A stretch of 64,000 nucleotides of DNA from Taibaiella sp. (lineage in GTDB: Bacteria; Bacteroidota; Bacteroidia; Chitinophagales; Chitinophagaceae), in NCBI GenBank assembly GCA_013815385.1, contig JACDGL010000012.1:18019-82018 (forward strand). Direction: 5' to 3'. The translations under genes were made by a program, and so were the position numbers. The first letter of the stretch is position 1. Each line of letters starts with the position of its first letter. Below are positions 18,977 to 29,900 of the stretch, piece by piece. The notes below the pieces were generated by a model that was not told where the DNA came from, did not search any database, and saw only the letters and a list, made by a program, of their open reading frames with translations.

Positions 18977-19693
18977 TTACTTTTTAAACAGATTATACTT
19001 CAGTATGCATACTATGGCCCTGAGACCATCTTTCCAGCCTATCTTTTTACCTTCTTCATAGGTGCGGCCATAATAGGATATGCCTACTTCATATACCCTT
19101 ACATTGGGGATACGGGACATCTTAGCCGTTATTTCGGGCTCAAAGCCAAAGCGCTTTTCCTCCAGCTTTATTGATTGTATCGTTTCCCGGCGAAAGACTT
19201 TGTAGCAGGTTTCCATATCGGTCAGGTTCAGGTTAGTGAACATGTTAGATAGCGTAGTAAGCCATTTATTGCCTATGCTGTGCCAGAAGAATAATATGCG
19301 GTGCGGCTTGCCGCCTATGAAGCGGGAACCATAAACAATATCTGCAAACCCATCAAGTATGGGTTTTAATAATATATTATACTCCTGGGGGTCGTACTCC
19401 AGGTCTGCATCCTGTATTATTACATAGTCGCCGGTGGCCTTTTGTATACCTGTATGCAATGCAGCGCCCTTGCCCTGGTTTACCTGATGCTTATAATAAG
19501 TAATGGGCAGATCAGGATTGGCTGCCTGGTAACCAAATACGGCAGCTTCGGTATCATCTTTAGAGCAGTCATTCACTATTATTACTTCTTTACCCATATC
19601 GTTGGCCAGCTTCACGGCTTTCACCTTATCCAGTATCAGGTGGATGGTGCGCGCTTCATTATACGCGGGTATCACGATAGATAATTTGCTCAT
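18977..19693 (-). CDS. family 2 glycosyltransferase (polyprenol-phosphate sugar transferase-like)
   Basis: The internal ATG at 19693 gives [17 protein letters not shown], the canonical GT2 start. It also has [11 protein letters not shown] and the DXD-like motif [11 protein letters not shown]. Confidence 0.85.
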   Translation of the reverse strand: MSKLSIVIPAYNEARTIHLILDKVKAVKLANDMGKEVIIVNDCSKDDTEAAVFGYQAANPDLPITYYKHQVNQGKGAALHTGIQKATGDYVIIQDADLEYDPQEYNILLKPILDGFADIVYGSRFIGGKPHRILFFWHSIGNKWLTTLSNMFTNLNLTDMETCYKVFRRETIQSIKLEEKRFGFEPEITAKMSRIPNVRVYEVGISYYGRTYEEGKKIGWKDGLRAIVCILKYNLFKK

Positions 19694-19807
19694 TGGGTTG
19701 CAAAATACAGTATCGGGTTTAAGTATTAACCATCTATCCACAAATAAATACTACCCCTGTACAAAACCAGCAGGTTAGCTTAATTTTGCACGAAGCAATA
19801 AATAACT

Positions 19808-20602
19808 ATGCAGGCTTACCTGGACCTTTTGCAGCATATACTGGATAATGGAACCGTAAAAAGTGACCGGACAGGTACCGGCACTCTGAGTTGTTTTGGC
19901 TACCAGATGCGTTTTGACCTGCAAAAGGGATTTCCGCTCGTAACTACTAAAAAGCTGCATGTAAAGTCGATCATTTATGAACTGTTATGGTTCCTGAAAG
20001 GGGAAACCAACATTGCCTATCTGAAAGAGCATGGGGTAAGCATATGGGATGAGTGGGCCGATGAAAAAGGTGACCTGGGACCCGTATATGGCCACCAATG
20101 GCGAAGCTGGACGGGTGCAGACGGGAAAATATACGACCAGATAAAAGAAGTACTGCACCAGATAAAAACAAACCCCGACAGCAGGCGGATGATAGTGAAT
20201 GCGTGGAATGTAGCAGACCTACCCAAGATGGCCTTAAGCCCCTGCCATGCTCTGTTCCAGTTTTATGTGGCCGATGGCCGGCTTAGCTGCCAGCTTTACC
20301 AGCGCAGTGCAGATGTGTTCCTGGGTGTGCCGTTCAATATAGCTTCTTACGCACTACTCACCATGATGATGGCGCAGGTGTGTGGCTTGCAGCCGGGTGA
20401 TTTCATACATACATTTGGCGATGTGCATTTATACAGCAATCATATAGAGCAGGCAAAGCTACAGCTTACCCGTACCCCGTACCCATTATCCACACTGGTT
20501 ATAAACCCGGATGTGAAAGACCTGTTCGATTTTAAGTACGAGGATTTCAAACTCGAAAATTACCAGCACCACCCTGCAATAAAAGCGCCGGTAGCAGTAT
20601 AG
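19808..20602 (+). CDS. thyA: thymidylate synthase
   Basis: 264 aa. [22 protein letters not shown] and [13 protein letters not shown] (catalytic Cys) are near-textbook ThyA sequence. Confidence 0.97.
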   Translation: MQAYLDLLQHILDNGTVKSDRTGTGTLSCFGYQMRFDLQKGFPLVTTKKLHVKSIIYELLWFLKGETNIAYLKEHGVSIWDEWADEKGDLGPVYGHQWRSWTGADGKIYDQIKEVLHQIKTNPDSRRMIVNAWNVADLPKMALSPCHALFQFYVADGRLSCQLYQRSADVFLGVPFNIASYALLTMMMAQVCGLQPGDFIHTFGDVHLYSNHIEQAKLQLTRTPYPLSTLVINPDVKDLFDFKYEDFKLENYQHHPAIKAPVAV

Positions 20603-20626
20603 CCTAATTAGCTACTTTTGCAATGG

Positions 20627-21130
20627 ATGATAGTATCTCTTATAGTTGCGGTTGCTGAGGATAATGCCATAGGCAGGAATAACCAATTGCCGTGGCACCT
20701 GCCCGAAGATCTTAAATTTTTTAAGCGCACCACGCTGGGCAAGCCGGTGATAATGGGCAGAAAAACTTACGAGTCGTTAGGCAAACCACTGCCCGGCAGG
20801 GTGAATATAGTACTGACACGGAATAATAATTATCAGTTACCAGATGGTGTAGTGCGCTGTAATGAACTCGAAGCATCCCTAACCAAACTGGAAGAAGAAA
20901 ACACGGAAGAAACATTTATCATAGGCGGTGGTAAAATATTTGAAGAAGCCATAGGGTTGGCCGACAGGCTGTTTATAACAAGGGTTGCTACCACTGTGCC
21001 GGGTGCCGACGCTTTCTTTCCGCATATAGACCATACACAATGGAAGTTGCATCATGAAGAACCACATACTGCAGATGAAAAGCACCGGTATGCTTATACT
21101 TTCCAGGTGTACGAAAGAATAGCATTGTGA
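20627..21130 (+). CDS. folA: dihydrofolate reductase
   Basis: The ATG at 20627 gives MIVSLIVAVAEDNAIGRNNQLPWHLPEDLKFFKRTTLGKPVIMGRKTYES. It lies directly after thyA. The track ORF begins 9 nt earlier at a TTG. Confidence 0.92.
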   Translation: MIVSLIVAVAEDNAIGRNNQLPWHLPEDLKFFKRTTLGKPVIMGRKTYESLGKPLPGRVNIVLTRNNNYQLPDGVVRCNELEASLTKLEEENTEETFIIGGGKIFEEAIGLADRLFITRVATTVPGADAFFPHIDHTQWKLHHEEPHTADEKHRYAYTFQVYERIAL

Positions 21131-21621
21131 TATTCTACTCTTTTTCTCAATACCTGAAATATAGGATAAAGGCTAAAACGCGCCATGGGGTACATTCTCC
21201 GTTTGTGTATGCTTTTATAGAGCAGGTTATTAAAAACAAAGGGCCATTAGCTTCGATTGCTCCTATTGATGATATTGGGCTAACGACACGGCAGCAAAAA
21301 ATGATAGCCCGTATATGCGAATACGTGCAATGCAAGGAGGTGCTGTCTGTTGTTGATACTGGGCAACTTAATACGTGCAGCGGCCTTTTGATACCGGGGA
21401 ACAAACCGGATGAGTGGGAGGAGATGTATAACAGTGCCGGTAACATAAATGAGCAGGCAGTGATTATAGTTACTGACATTCATAAAAGTGAACAACATAG
21501 CATCGCCTGGCGCAAATTATATAGCCGCACCAGTGTGCGGCTAAGTATAGATCTGTTTGATGTAGGTGTATTGCTCTATCGAAAAGAATTTAAAGAAAAG
21601 CAACACTTTATTTTGAAGTAG
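21127..21621 (+). CDS. hypothetical protein, possibly a shortened methyltransferase-like protein
   Basis: 164 aa. Its GTG start overlaps the folA stop by 4 nt. The N-terminus (YLKYRIKAKTRHGVHSPFVY) and C-terminus (TDIHKSEQHSIAWRKL..SIDLFDVGVLLYRKE) resemble, from memory, a Bacteroidota class I SAM-methyltransferase family. I cannot see the glycine-rich SAM loop. Confidence 0.5.
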   Translation: MIFYSFSQYLKYRIKAKTRHGVHSPFVYAFIEQVIKNKGPLASIAPIDDIGLTTRQQKMIARICEYVQCKEVLSVVDTGQLNTCSGLLIPGNKPDEWEEMYNSAGNINEQAVIIVTDIHKSEQHSIAWRKLYSRTSVRLSIDLFDVGVLLYRKEFKEKQHFILK

Positions 21622-22027
21622 GCTGCTTCAGGTTTTCTTGCTCGTCTATCATGCCCTTCAGCTTGTCTATGGCATCTTTAGCGGCTTCATCTGCCTTCAG
21701 GGCCCATTCATTTATTTTTTCGCTCGCTTCCTTGGCAAACTCTTCCACATCTTCTTTGGCATCTGCTCTCAGGTCTTCTATCTTCTCTTTCGCCTCTGCT
21801 GTTACTTTTTTAGCTTTTTCCAGAAGCGAGGCTTCTTTATTGCCAGTGCCTGTATCCATAAAATCATCTTCATGGGTTGCAGTACTCCCCATAAAACTAT
21901 CTACCATGCCGCTCATCATCGGCGGCAATTTAGATTTTATAAAGTCTTTTATAGTTGCTAGCGCCTGTACAGATTGTTCCTGTGTAAGGCCTGCCTTTGT
22001 CTTCAGTTCGTCTATAAGTTCTTGCAT
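21608..22027 (-). CDS. hypothetical acidic helical protein
   Basis: 139 aa, E/K/D/A-rich, with no motif I recognise. It overlaps the end of the previous gene convergently by 14 nt. Confidence 0.5.
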   Translation of the reverse strand: MQELIDELKTKAGLTQEQSVQALATIKDFIKSKLPPMMSGMVDSFMGSTATHEDDFMDTGTGNKEASLLEKAKKVTAEAKEKIEDLRADAKEDVEEFAKEASEKINEWALKADEAAKDAIDKLKGMIDEQENLKQPTSK

Positions 22028-22049
22028 ATTATCAGAGTGTATTGTAAAA

Positions 22050-23297
22050 TCATGCCGCTTTTACATATTCCAGCTTGGAGTGCTCCAGCTGCTGGCGGGC
22101 GTAATCGAGGGTAAGGTGAAAGTGGCCATTATGGCTGGGGTCAGAGGGCAGGTCGAACATAGCATCGGTAAGTATCATTTCGCAGATGGCACGGAGACCG
22201 CGGCCCCCCAGCTTGTATTCTACCGCTTTAGAAACCATATACTCCAATGCCTCATCATCAACCTCCAGCTTTATGCCTTCGTATTCAAATAGCCTGTTGT
22301 ATTGTTTTATCAATGCATTCTTTGGCTCGGTAAGTATGCGTTTCAGCGCAGGTGGGTCAAGGGGATTCAGGTAGGTTACGATAGGCAATCGCCCCAGCAA
22401 TTCAGGTATCAAACCAAAAGTGCGCAGATCCTGGGCATTTACATATTGCAGCAGGTTGGCCCTGTCCAGGTCTTTTGCCGACTTGATAGCATTGTAGCCA
22501 ATTGCAGATGTCTGCACCCTACGGGCTATCATCTTGTCCACCCCTTCAAAAGCGCCACCGCATATGAACAGGATATTCTGCGTGTTCACTTTCACCATCT
22601 TCTGCTCCGGGTGCTTGCGGCCACCCTGCGGGGGTACCAGCACTTCGGCGCCTTCCAGCAGTTTCAGCAATGCTTGCTGTACCCCTTCACCGCTCACATC
22701 GCGGGTTATGGAAGGATTATCGCTTTTGCGGCCTATTTTATCTATCTCATCTATATATACTATTCCCTTTTCGGCAGCTGCAATGTCAAAATTGCAACTT
22801 TGAAGCAGCCTTGATAAGATACTTTCTACATCTTCACCTACATAGCCGGCCTCGGTAAATACGGTAGCATCTACTATTGCAAACGGTACCTGCAACAGGC
22901 GGGCTATGGTCTTGGCCAGCAATGTTTTGCCTGTGCCGGTTTCGCCTACCATGATGATGTTCGATTTTTCGATCTCTACATCATCTACCCTGGGCATTGT
23001 AAGGCGCTTATAATGATTATATATGGCTACCGATAATATCTTTTTTGCATCGTCCTGGCCTATTACATATTGGTCCAGGAATTCCTTTACCTCACGGGGC
23101 TTGTATATCTTATGTTCTGTAAAGTTATCGGCAACGGGTTTCTTTTTTTCTTTGTCACCGGCAGTTTCCTGTAGCAGGTTGTGGGCATTTTCTATGCATT
23201 GGTCGCAAATATTACCACGTACACCTGTAAAAAGTATAGTTACGTCGCTTTCTGTCCTGTCGCAAAAGGAGCATTTTCTTTCTGTTTGTTTCGGCAT
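22050..23297 (-). CDS. clpX: ATP-dependent Clp protease ATP-binding subunit ClpX
   Basis: 415 aa. It has the N-terminal zinc finger CSFCDR...CDQC, Walker [12 protein letters not shown], and DEIDKI. Confidence 0.97.
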   Translation of the reverse strand: MPKQTERKCSFCDRTESDVTILFTGVRGNICDQCIENAHNLLQETAGDKEKKKPVADNFTEHKIYKPREVKEFLDQYVIGQDDAKKILSVAIYNHYKRLTMPRVDDVEIEKSNIIMVGETGTGKTLLAKTIARLLQVPFAIVDATVFTEAGYVGEDVESILSRLLQSCNFDIAAAEKGIVYIDEIDKIGRKSDNPSITRDVSGEGVQQALLKLLEGAEVLVPPQGGRKHPEQKMVKVNTQNILFICGGAFEGVDKMIARRVQTSAIGYNAIKSAKDLDRANLLQYVNAQDLRTFGLIPELLGRLPIVTYLNPLDPPALKRILTEPKNALIKQYNRLFEYEGIKLEVDDEALEYMVSKAVEYKLGGRGLRAICEMILTDAMFDLPSDPSHNGHFHLTLDYARQQLEHSKLEYVKAA

Positions 23298-23449
23298 TCC
23301 TGAATTTTAGCGTGTCTGCAAAGGTACGAAATCATTTTACCTAAAAGATTCCCGTGTGGGGAAAGGTTATCATCCCATTATACCCCTATCATTGTTATCA
23401 ATCAGTATATAGCGTGATTTTTAAGTATTTTTGTTGAAAATAATACAGG

Positions 23450-24040
23450 ATGTTGAAGACCGGCAATGCTATAGTGAGTATATATACGGAAATGACCCCT
23501 AACCCCGAAACCATGAAGTTTGTGGCAAACAAACTCCTGTATCCGGGCAAGAGCATTGATTTTCCTGAAGAGTCGAGTGCTGCTCCTTCGCCACTGGCAA
23601 AAGAATTATTTGCTTTCCCTTTTATAAGAAGTGTGTTTATAGCAAGCAATTTTGTTACACTGAGCAAAACACCGGACACTAACTGGGATGATGTGATACC
23701 CCCCGTGCGGGAATTTCTGAAGCAATACCTGGAAGAAGGAAAGGTGATCATTAATGAAGACCAGATTGTAGCTAAAAAAACCGACAATACAGTAAGCGCT
23801 GACGATACAGATGTAGTGAAAAGGATCAAAGAGCTACTGGAAAACTATGTAAAACCCGCTGTGGAAATGGATGGAGGCGCTATCAGCTTTAAAGGGTATG
23901 ATGACGGAGTGGTAAAGTTAATGCTGCAAGGTTCATGCTCTGGTTGCCCATCTTCTATGATAACCCTTAAATCGGGCATAGAAGGGATGATGAAGCGCAT
24001 GATACCGGAAGTAAAAGAAGTGGTAGCAGAAGCGGAATAA
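23450..24040 (+). CDS. NifU/Nfu family Fe-S cluster assembly protein
   Basis: 196 aa. It has an Nfu N-terminal domain (IYTEMTPNPETMKF) and a C-terminal NifU domain with CSGCPSS. Confidence 0.85.
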   Translation: MLKTGNAIVSIYTEMTPNPETMKFVANKLLYPGKSIDFPEESSAAPSPLAKELFAFPFIRSVFIASNFVTLSKTPDTNWDDVIPPVREFLKQYLEEGKVIINEDQIVAKKTDNTVSADDTDVVKRIKELLENYVKPAVEMDGGAISFKGYDDGVVKLMLQGSCSGCPSSMITLKSGIEGMMKRMIPEVKEVVAEAE

Positions 24041-24068
24041 GTAAGTATAACAAAGCTGATTTTATAGC

Positions 24069-24097
24069 AACGGCAGCCCCTATGGCTGCCGTTTTTT
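24069..24097 (+). terminator. intrinsic terminator after the NifU-family gene
   Basis: AACGGCAGCC-CCTAT-GGCTGCCGTT pairs as a hairpin. Its right arm runs into a 6-nt T tract, followed by ATA. Confidence 0.7.
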
Positions 24098-24144
24098 ATA
24101 TAGTGTAGTGAATTAACTATATTTAGCCTCTTTGCACATAGAAA

Positions 24145-25230
24145 ATGGAAAATAAAAATAATTATGTAGCCATAATGGCAGGTGGGATAGGCAGCCGCTT
24201 CTGGCCCGAAAGCCGTACCCAGTACCCTAAGCAATTTCTGGATCTTTTAGGCACAGGCAAGTCACTGATACAGTGGACCTATAACCGCTTCCTGAAGATA
24301 TGCCCAAAGGAAAATATTTATTTTATTACGAATGAACAATATATAGGCGCGCTGAAGGCACAGATACCAGAGGTGAATGATGCCAATATTATTAGTGAGC
24401 CTTCGCGGAAAAACACTGCTCCATGCGCTGTGTACTTTGCGCACAAGCTAATGGCCATGAACCCTGATGCCAACATCATCATGTCGCCGGCAGATCACCT
24501 GATAATGGACGAGCATGCATTTGAGAATACAATGGCCGATGCATTGAATTTTGTATCAAAACATGATTCACTGCTGACAATGGGTATAAAGCCTACGCGG
24601 CCCGATACCGGTTACGGCTATATACAGTACGATACAGAAGAAGAGATAGATAAGGGCTTCAGGGTAAAGACATTTACGGAAAAGCCCTCTCTGGAGCTGG
24701 CCCGCACATTTCTGAAGAGTGGGGATTTCCTTTGGAACTCAGGTATATTCATCTGGAATGTACGCGCTATAATGGAGGCATCAGAAAAATTCCTGCCGGA
24801 AATGCACGAGGTATTCTTATCTGCTACAGAGGTGTACAATACAGCCGATGAGCATGATGTAATGAGCGAACTCTATGCCCAATGCACCAATATATCTATA
24901 GACTATGGTATCATGGAGAAGGCAAAGAATGTATTTGTAATACCTTCTTACTTTGGATGGTGCGACCTGGGTACATGGGAATCTGCCTATGAGAACTCTA
25001 ATAAAGATTATCTGGGCAATTCTGTTTTTGGTGACAATGTAATGATCATAGATGCTACTGAGTGCATGGTAAAGGCCCCCGCTGAAAAGCTGGTAGTGCT
25101 GCAAGGGCTGGAAAAATTCATTGTCATAGATACGCCTGATGTGCTGCTTATTTGCGAGCGCAACAGGGAACAGCAGATAAAGGAGTATGTAGCAGAGGTG
25201 AAGCGTAACAAAGGCGATAAATTCCTATAG
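24145..25230 (+). CDS. mannose-1-phosphate guanylyltransferase
   Basis: 361 aa. The N-terminus VAIMAGGIGSRFWPESR..PKQF is a nucleotidyltransferase motif, and the overall length fits ManC-like proteins lacking an isomerase domain. Confidence 0.85.
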   Translation: MENKNNYVAIMAGGIGSRFWPESRTQYPKQFLDLLGTGKSLIQWTYNRFLKICPKENIYFITNEQYIGALKAQIPEVNDANIISEPSRKNTAPCAVYFAHKLMAMNPDANIIMSPADHLIMDEHAFENTMADALNFVSKHDSLLTMGIKPTRPDTGYGYIQYDTEEEIDKGFRVKTFTEKPSLELARTFLKSGDFLWNSGIFIWNVRAIMEASEKFLPEMHEVFLSATEVYNTADEHDVMSELYAQCTNISIDYGIMEKAKNVFVIPSYFGWCDLGTWESAYENSNKDYLGNSVFGDNVMIIDATECMVKAPAEKLVVLQGLEKFIVIDTPDVLLICERNREQQIKEYVAEVKRNKGDKFL

Positions 25231-25231
25231 C

Positions 25232-26386
25232 ATGCATTTACCTTCAAAGCATTCCGCTACGGGCACTACTATCTTTACCGTAATGAGTGCGCTGGCGCAG
25301 CAGTATAATGCCATCAACCTATCGCAGGGGTTCCCGGACTACCCGCTTGATGAAAAGCTGGCCGATCTGCTGCACGAAGCGGCATTGAAAGGGTTCAACC
25401 AGTACGCGCCTATGGCCGGATTACCTTTGCTCAGGCAGAGCGTGGCCGATGATCTCACGAAGCGATATGGGATCGCAATTAATGCAGATGAGGAGATCAC
25501 TATAACCCCCGGCGCTACCTATGCTATCTATACTGCCTTCACCACAATATTGCAGCCGGGGGATGAGGTGATCATCCTGGAGCCTGCATATGACAGCTAT
25601 ATCCCCAATATAGAAATGAATGGCGCTATTGTAATACCGGTAGCACTCTCTTCGCCTGATTTTTCTGTAGACTGGAATAAGGTGAGGGATGCGGTAACGG
25701 CAAAGACCAAAGCCATCATTATAAATACGCCACACAACCCTACTGGCGCTATATGGCAACAGGAAGACTGGGATGCCCTTGCCGATATAGTGCGGGATAA
25801 GGATATCTATATCCTATCTGACGAGGTGTATGAACAACTGGTGTATGACGGGCAAAAGCATTGTTCAGTCCTCAACCATCCGGAACTCCGCAGCCGCAGT
25901 TTTGCGCTGTTTTCTTTTGGTAAAGTATTTCACAATACAGGATGGAAGATAGGTTACTGCGTAGCTCCCCCGGCACTTACAGCTGCCTTCCGTTGCATCC
26001 ACCAGTTTATTTCCTTTACCGTTAATACTCCCGGCCAGTATGCACTGGCACACTATATAGCAAATAATGATGCGCCGCCCCTGCACCAGATGATGCAGCA
26101 TAAACGGGATATGTTCCTGAACCTGCTGCGCGATACACCATTCACTATCTTCAAACCAGCCAGTGGCAGTTATTTCCAGACAGTTAGCTATGGCAACATC
26201 AGCGATATGCCTGATATGGAGTTTGCGCAATGGCTAACAAAGGAATATGGGGTTGCGACCATTCCCATAAGTGCATTTTACAGTAATAAAAAGGACGACA
26301 GGCTGATACGTTTCTGCTTTGCCAAAAAAGAAGATACGCTTACGGAAGCTGTAAAAAGGCTTTCACGCCTTTCAGTAACCAGGTAG
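25232..26386 (+). CDS. class I/II pyridoxal-phosphate aminotransferase (methionine aminotransferase-like)
   Basis: 384 aa. INLSQGFPDYP, NTPHNPTG and SFGKVFHNTGWKIGY (PLP Lys) fit the YbdL-like family. Confidence 0.87.
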   Translation: MHLPSKHSATGTTIFTVMSALAQQYNAINLSQGFPDYPLDEKLADLLHEAALKGFNQYAPMAGLPLLRQSVADDLTKRYGIAINADEEITITPGATYAIYTAFTTILQPGDEVIILEPAYDSYIPNIEMNGAIVIPVALSSPDFSVDWNKVRDAVTAKTKAIIINTPHNPTGAIWQQEDWDALADIVRDKDIYILSDEVYEQLVYDGQKHCSVLNHPELRSRSFALFSFGKVFHNTGWKIGYCVAPPALTAAFRCIHQFISFTVNTPGQYALAHYIANNDAPPLHQMMQHKRDMFLNLLRDTPFTIFKPASGSYFQTVSYGNISDMPDMEFAQWLTKEYGVATIPISAFYSNKKDDRLIRFCFAKKEDTLTEAVKRLSRLSVTR

Positions 26387-26440
26387 GCGTGCTAATAGCA
26401 TGTGCTGATTTTTCTGTAACTTAGGATAGGATCTTATGTT

Positions 26441-26884
26441 ATGAGAAAGGCATTATTTTTGGCTTGCTTATTTGTAGGTGTGCTATTCTCCTCCTGCACC
26501 AAGCCTAAACAAACCGCTGATAAAAGGCATATCCTCACTTCGCATAAATGGCATTATTTTTCTTTTGGCGACGACGGGGCGTTCATACAATTAAATCATT
26601 GCGACAGTAACAGTTATCTTATTTTCGATGAAGGTGGCAATGGTGGCGGCGCAAATGATGATACATTCTGCAATCCTACAAAAGGGGTATTCAGTAGCTT
26701 TACCTACACCTACGCCCCGGATAGTAATGTGATACACGTTTACAATTTCGCCGGTCACGATTTTACATGGCTTGTCTTGCAACTGGACGAAACCACGCTG
26801 GAGGTACAATTCTTATTGCCTGCTCCTCCCCCACAGGCTGCACATATACTTGATTACATTTACAAGTCAGGCGCGCTTAAATAA
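26441..26884 (+). CDS. hypothetical lipoprotein
   Basis: 147 aa with lipobox signal MRKALFLACLFVGVLFSSCTK. I recognise no motif. Confidence 0.55.
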   Translation: MRKALFLACLFVGVLFSSCTKPKQTADKRHILTSHKWHYFSFGDDGAFIQLNHCDSNSYLIFDEGGNGGGANDDTFCNPTKGVFSSFTYTYAPDSNVIHVYNFAGHDFTWLVLQLDETTLEVQFLLPAPPPQAAHILDYIYKSGALK

Positions 26885-26974
26885 TTAATTTTACCCCTTC
26901 TAGGTTTTAGTATACTATATTACGCATTATAAAAAATCATTAAGGTATAGTTTTTTTGATGAGCTTATCTGTAC

Positions 26975-29900
26975 ATGCGTAAAGTCCTTAAAATACTCCT
27001 CTTCATTATAGGTGGCGTCCTTCTATTGGTTGCTGGGGTAGTAGTGTGGCTTAACACCAATTCAGGTAAAGGCTTCGTACGCGATCAGGCCCTTTCGTAC
27101 CTCCGGAAAAAGCTTAAAACTGAGGTTTACATAGGGGAATTGGGTTATGGCCTCCCCAAATACATAGTGCTAAAAAACGTACTGTTCAAGGACCAGGCAA
27201 AAGATACCCTGCTGAATGTGCGCCTGCTGGAGGTGGATATAGACATGCTGAAGCTATTGCATAAGCAGGTAGATATAAAGCAAATAAAGCTGGAAGGGGT
27301 AAATGCCCACATATATCGCAATGCCCCGGATACTGCTTTTAATTTCTCTTACATCATTAATGCCTTTACAGGGCCTACGAAATCGCCCCAGCCTAAGAAA
27401 GCAAAAGATACCAGCACCCTTGTCATAGACCTTAACAGGCTGGTGCTGAATGATATACATGCAAAATTTGACGACCATACAGGCGGCACCCGGATGGCGC
27501 TTGACCTGCATCATTTGGATCTTAGCATGAAGAAAATGGATATGCGGCATATGCAGTTCCATATTAAGTCACTGGCGGTAGCCGGATTGAATACAGTAGT
27601 ATTACAGGATACCTCTTATCTGCCGGTAAATACTAAAAACACAAAAGCATCTATTTTACAGTTGGTGGCGGATGATATAGATCTGCAGCAGGTAATATTC
27701 CATTATAACAGCAGCATCAGCAAATTCCTGATGGATGTATCCCTGGGTAAGCTTAAAACAAAAGCCAGAATTTTTGATCTGGCACATGAAAAAATAGATC
27801 TGGAGCAGCTGGCGCTATCGCAAAGTACCGTAAAGATTGTAATAGGCAAGCATTCTCCTGTGCCAGAAAAGGTAAAGTACATACTGGACACATTACCGCA
27901 GGCAAGCTGGAGGGTATTGGGCGCTGATGTACAATTTACAGGGGTTAATTTTGCCCTGGATAATGAAAACAAACCTCACCAGCCGATAGGGATGGACTAT
28001 TCCCATCTTGATCTCAGGAATCTGAACCTGAATACACAGGATCTGTATTATACGGCAGACACTATATCAGGCAATGTAAAAAGCCTTACGGGTACAGACC
28101 AAAGCGGGCTCGACATTAAAGAATTACGTACCCGGTTTCTTTATTGCGGGCAGGGAGCTATACTCCGCGACTTGTATCTACGCACGCCTAATACCGTGCT
28201 GCAAAAATATATAGAAGTACGCTATCCGTCGCTTGATGCGCTAAAAAAACGTGTACAGACATTGCAGCTCAATCTGGATATCAGCAACAGCATAGTAGGG
28301 GTGAAGGATATAATTGAGTTTGCGCCTATGCTGTATAAGCAGGAATTATTCCGGCGTAACAGAAATGCACATTTCCAGCTAGCGGCAACTATCAAGGGGA
28401 ACCTGGATGCCCTTAATATAAAAAATCTATACATTTCTGGTTTTGGCAGTACGGAGATACAACTGAATGGACGGCTCAGTGGTTTGCCCGATGCTAAGGC
28501 CATCAGTTATAATTTGAACATAGCCCGGTTCCGTTCTTCTTCTAATGATATTGCGCCCATACTGCCTGCATCTGTTACAAAGCAGATCCGTATCCCAGCA
28601 AGGTTTTCCGTAGCAGGCCAGATAGCAGGCAACTTAAAAGATTATAAAACCAACCTGGCCATTACTTCAACTGATGGCAATGCGTTCCTGATGGGATCCA
28701 TCCTTACCTCGCCGGGCAAGGGCAGGGAGCGGTATGATATGGCTGTGCGAACAGACCGCCTTAACCTCGGTAGGATATTGAGGAAAGATTCCCTGATGGG
28801 TGCGGTAACCGCAAGGGTAAACGTAAAGGGCCAGAGCTTTGATGTGAAAAAAATGAATGCAGTGCTGAATGGCACTATAGCTGCAGCCAGCATAAAAGGC
28901 TATACTTACAAGCAGGTAAAGTTTAATGGTAAAGTGGTTGCCGGTATAGGCGACCTTACACTCAACTCGGCCGATAACAATGCCAGGTTGGACCTGGATG
29001 CGCATGCAGATATGACGGGCAGGTATATAGCACTGAAGGCATTGCTGAAAGTAGATAGCATGAACTTCCAGGCCTTAAAGCTGTATAAATCAGACCTGCG
29101 GATACATGGTATCATGAATATAGATTTTCCGGTACTTAATCCTGATTACCCACAGGGTACTTTTATATGGAATGACCCGGTGATAGTGATGGATGGTAAA
29201 AGATACCTGCCTGATAGCATGTACATATCCTCTAAGCCGAGTGTGGATAATTCTCAGAATATACTGGTGCACATGGATGTACTGCAGGCTACCGTTACTG
29301 GCCATACACCCTTAACTAAAATTGGCGATATTATTACAGAGCATATCAACCGGCATTATTCATTTGCACCGCGCGATAGTACAAGCAATGGAGTGCTAAA
29401 GGCTAAGAGCAAGGTAGCCCGTATGTTATTGACAAAAGACACCACAAAGATCACCGGCTTGCCTGCTAACTACGATCTTAAGGTATCAGCACATATTGAA
29501 GACAGGCCTTTGCTGCATGTAATCCTGCCCGGAATTGTATCAATGGATACAGTGCATGTGGAAGGATTGCTTGATCCAAATACATTATACCTGAATGTGG
29601 ATGTGCCGCAAATGATTTATGGCAGTAACACGATCGATAATGCTAAAGTGCGGGTCAATGGGGCAGACTCTGCATTTACATACGCGGTAACAGTAGATCA
29701 TTATTCGGCAAGCAAGATGCAATTCTGGTATGGCAAGATAAATGGCAACCTGGATAAGAACAAAATAACAGCTAATGTAAGCCTCTCCGACTCTGCAAAG
29801 AAAGAACGGTTTGCCCTGGCTGCGTCGCTGCTGCAGGATAGGGATACACAGATAATACAATTACAACCCGGTTTAAAACTGAACTATCAGACCTGGCAGG

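Noticed and set aside
21651-22292. A 213-aa plus-strand ORF rich in S/A/L/F.
   Set aside because: It is antisense to the 139-aa acidic helical protein and to the 3' end of clpX. The low-complexity composition is the mirror image of E/K/A-rich coding sequence.
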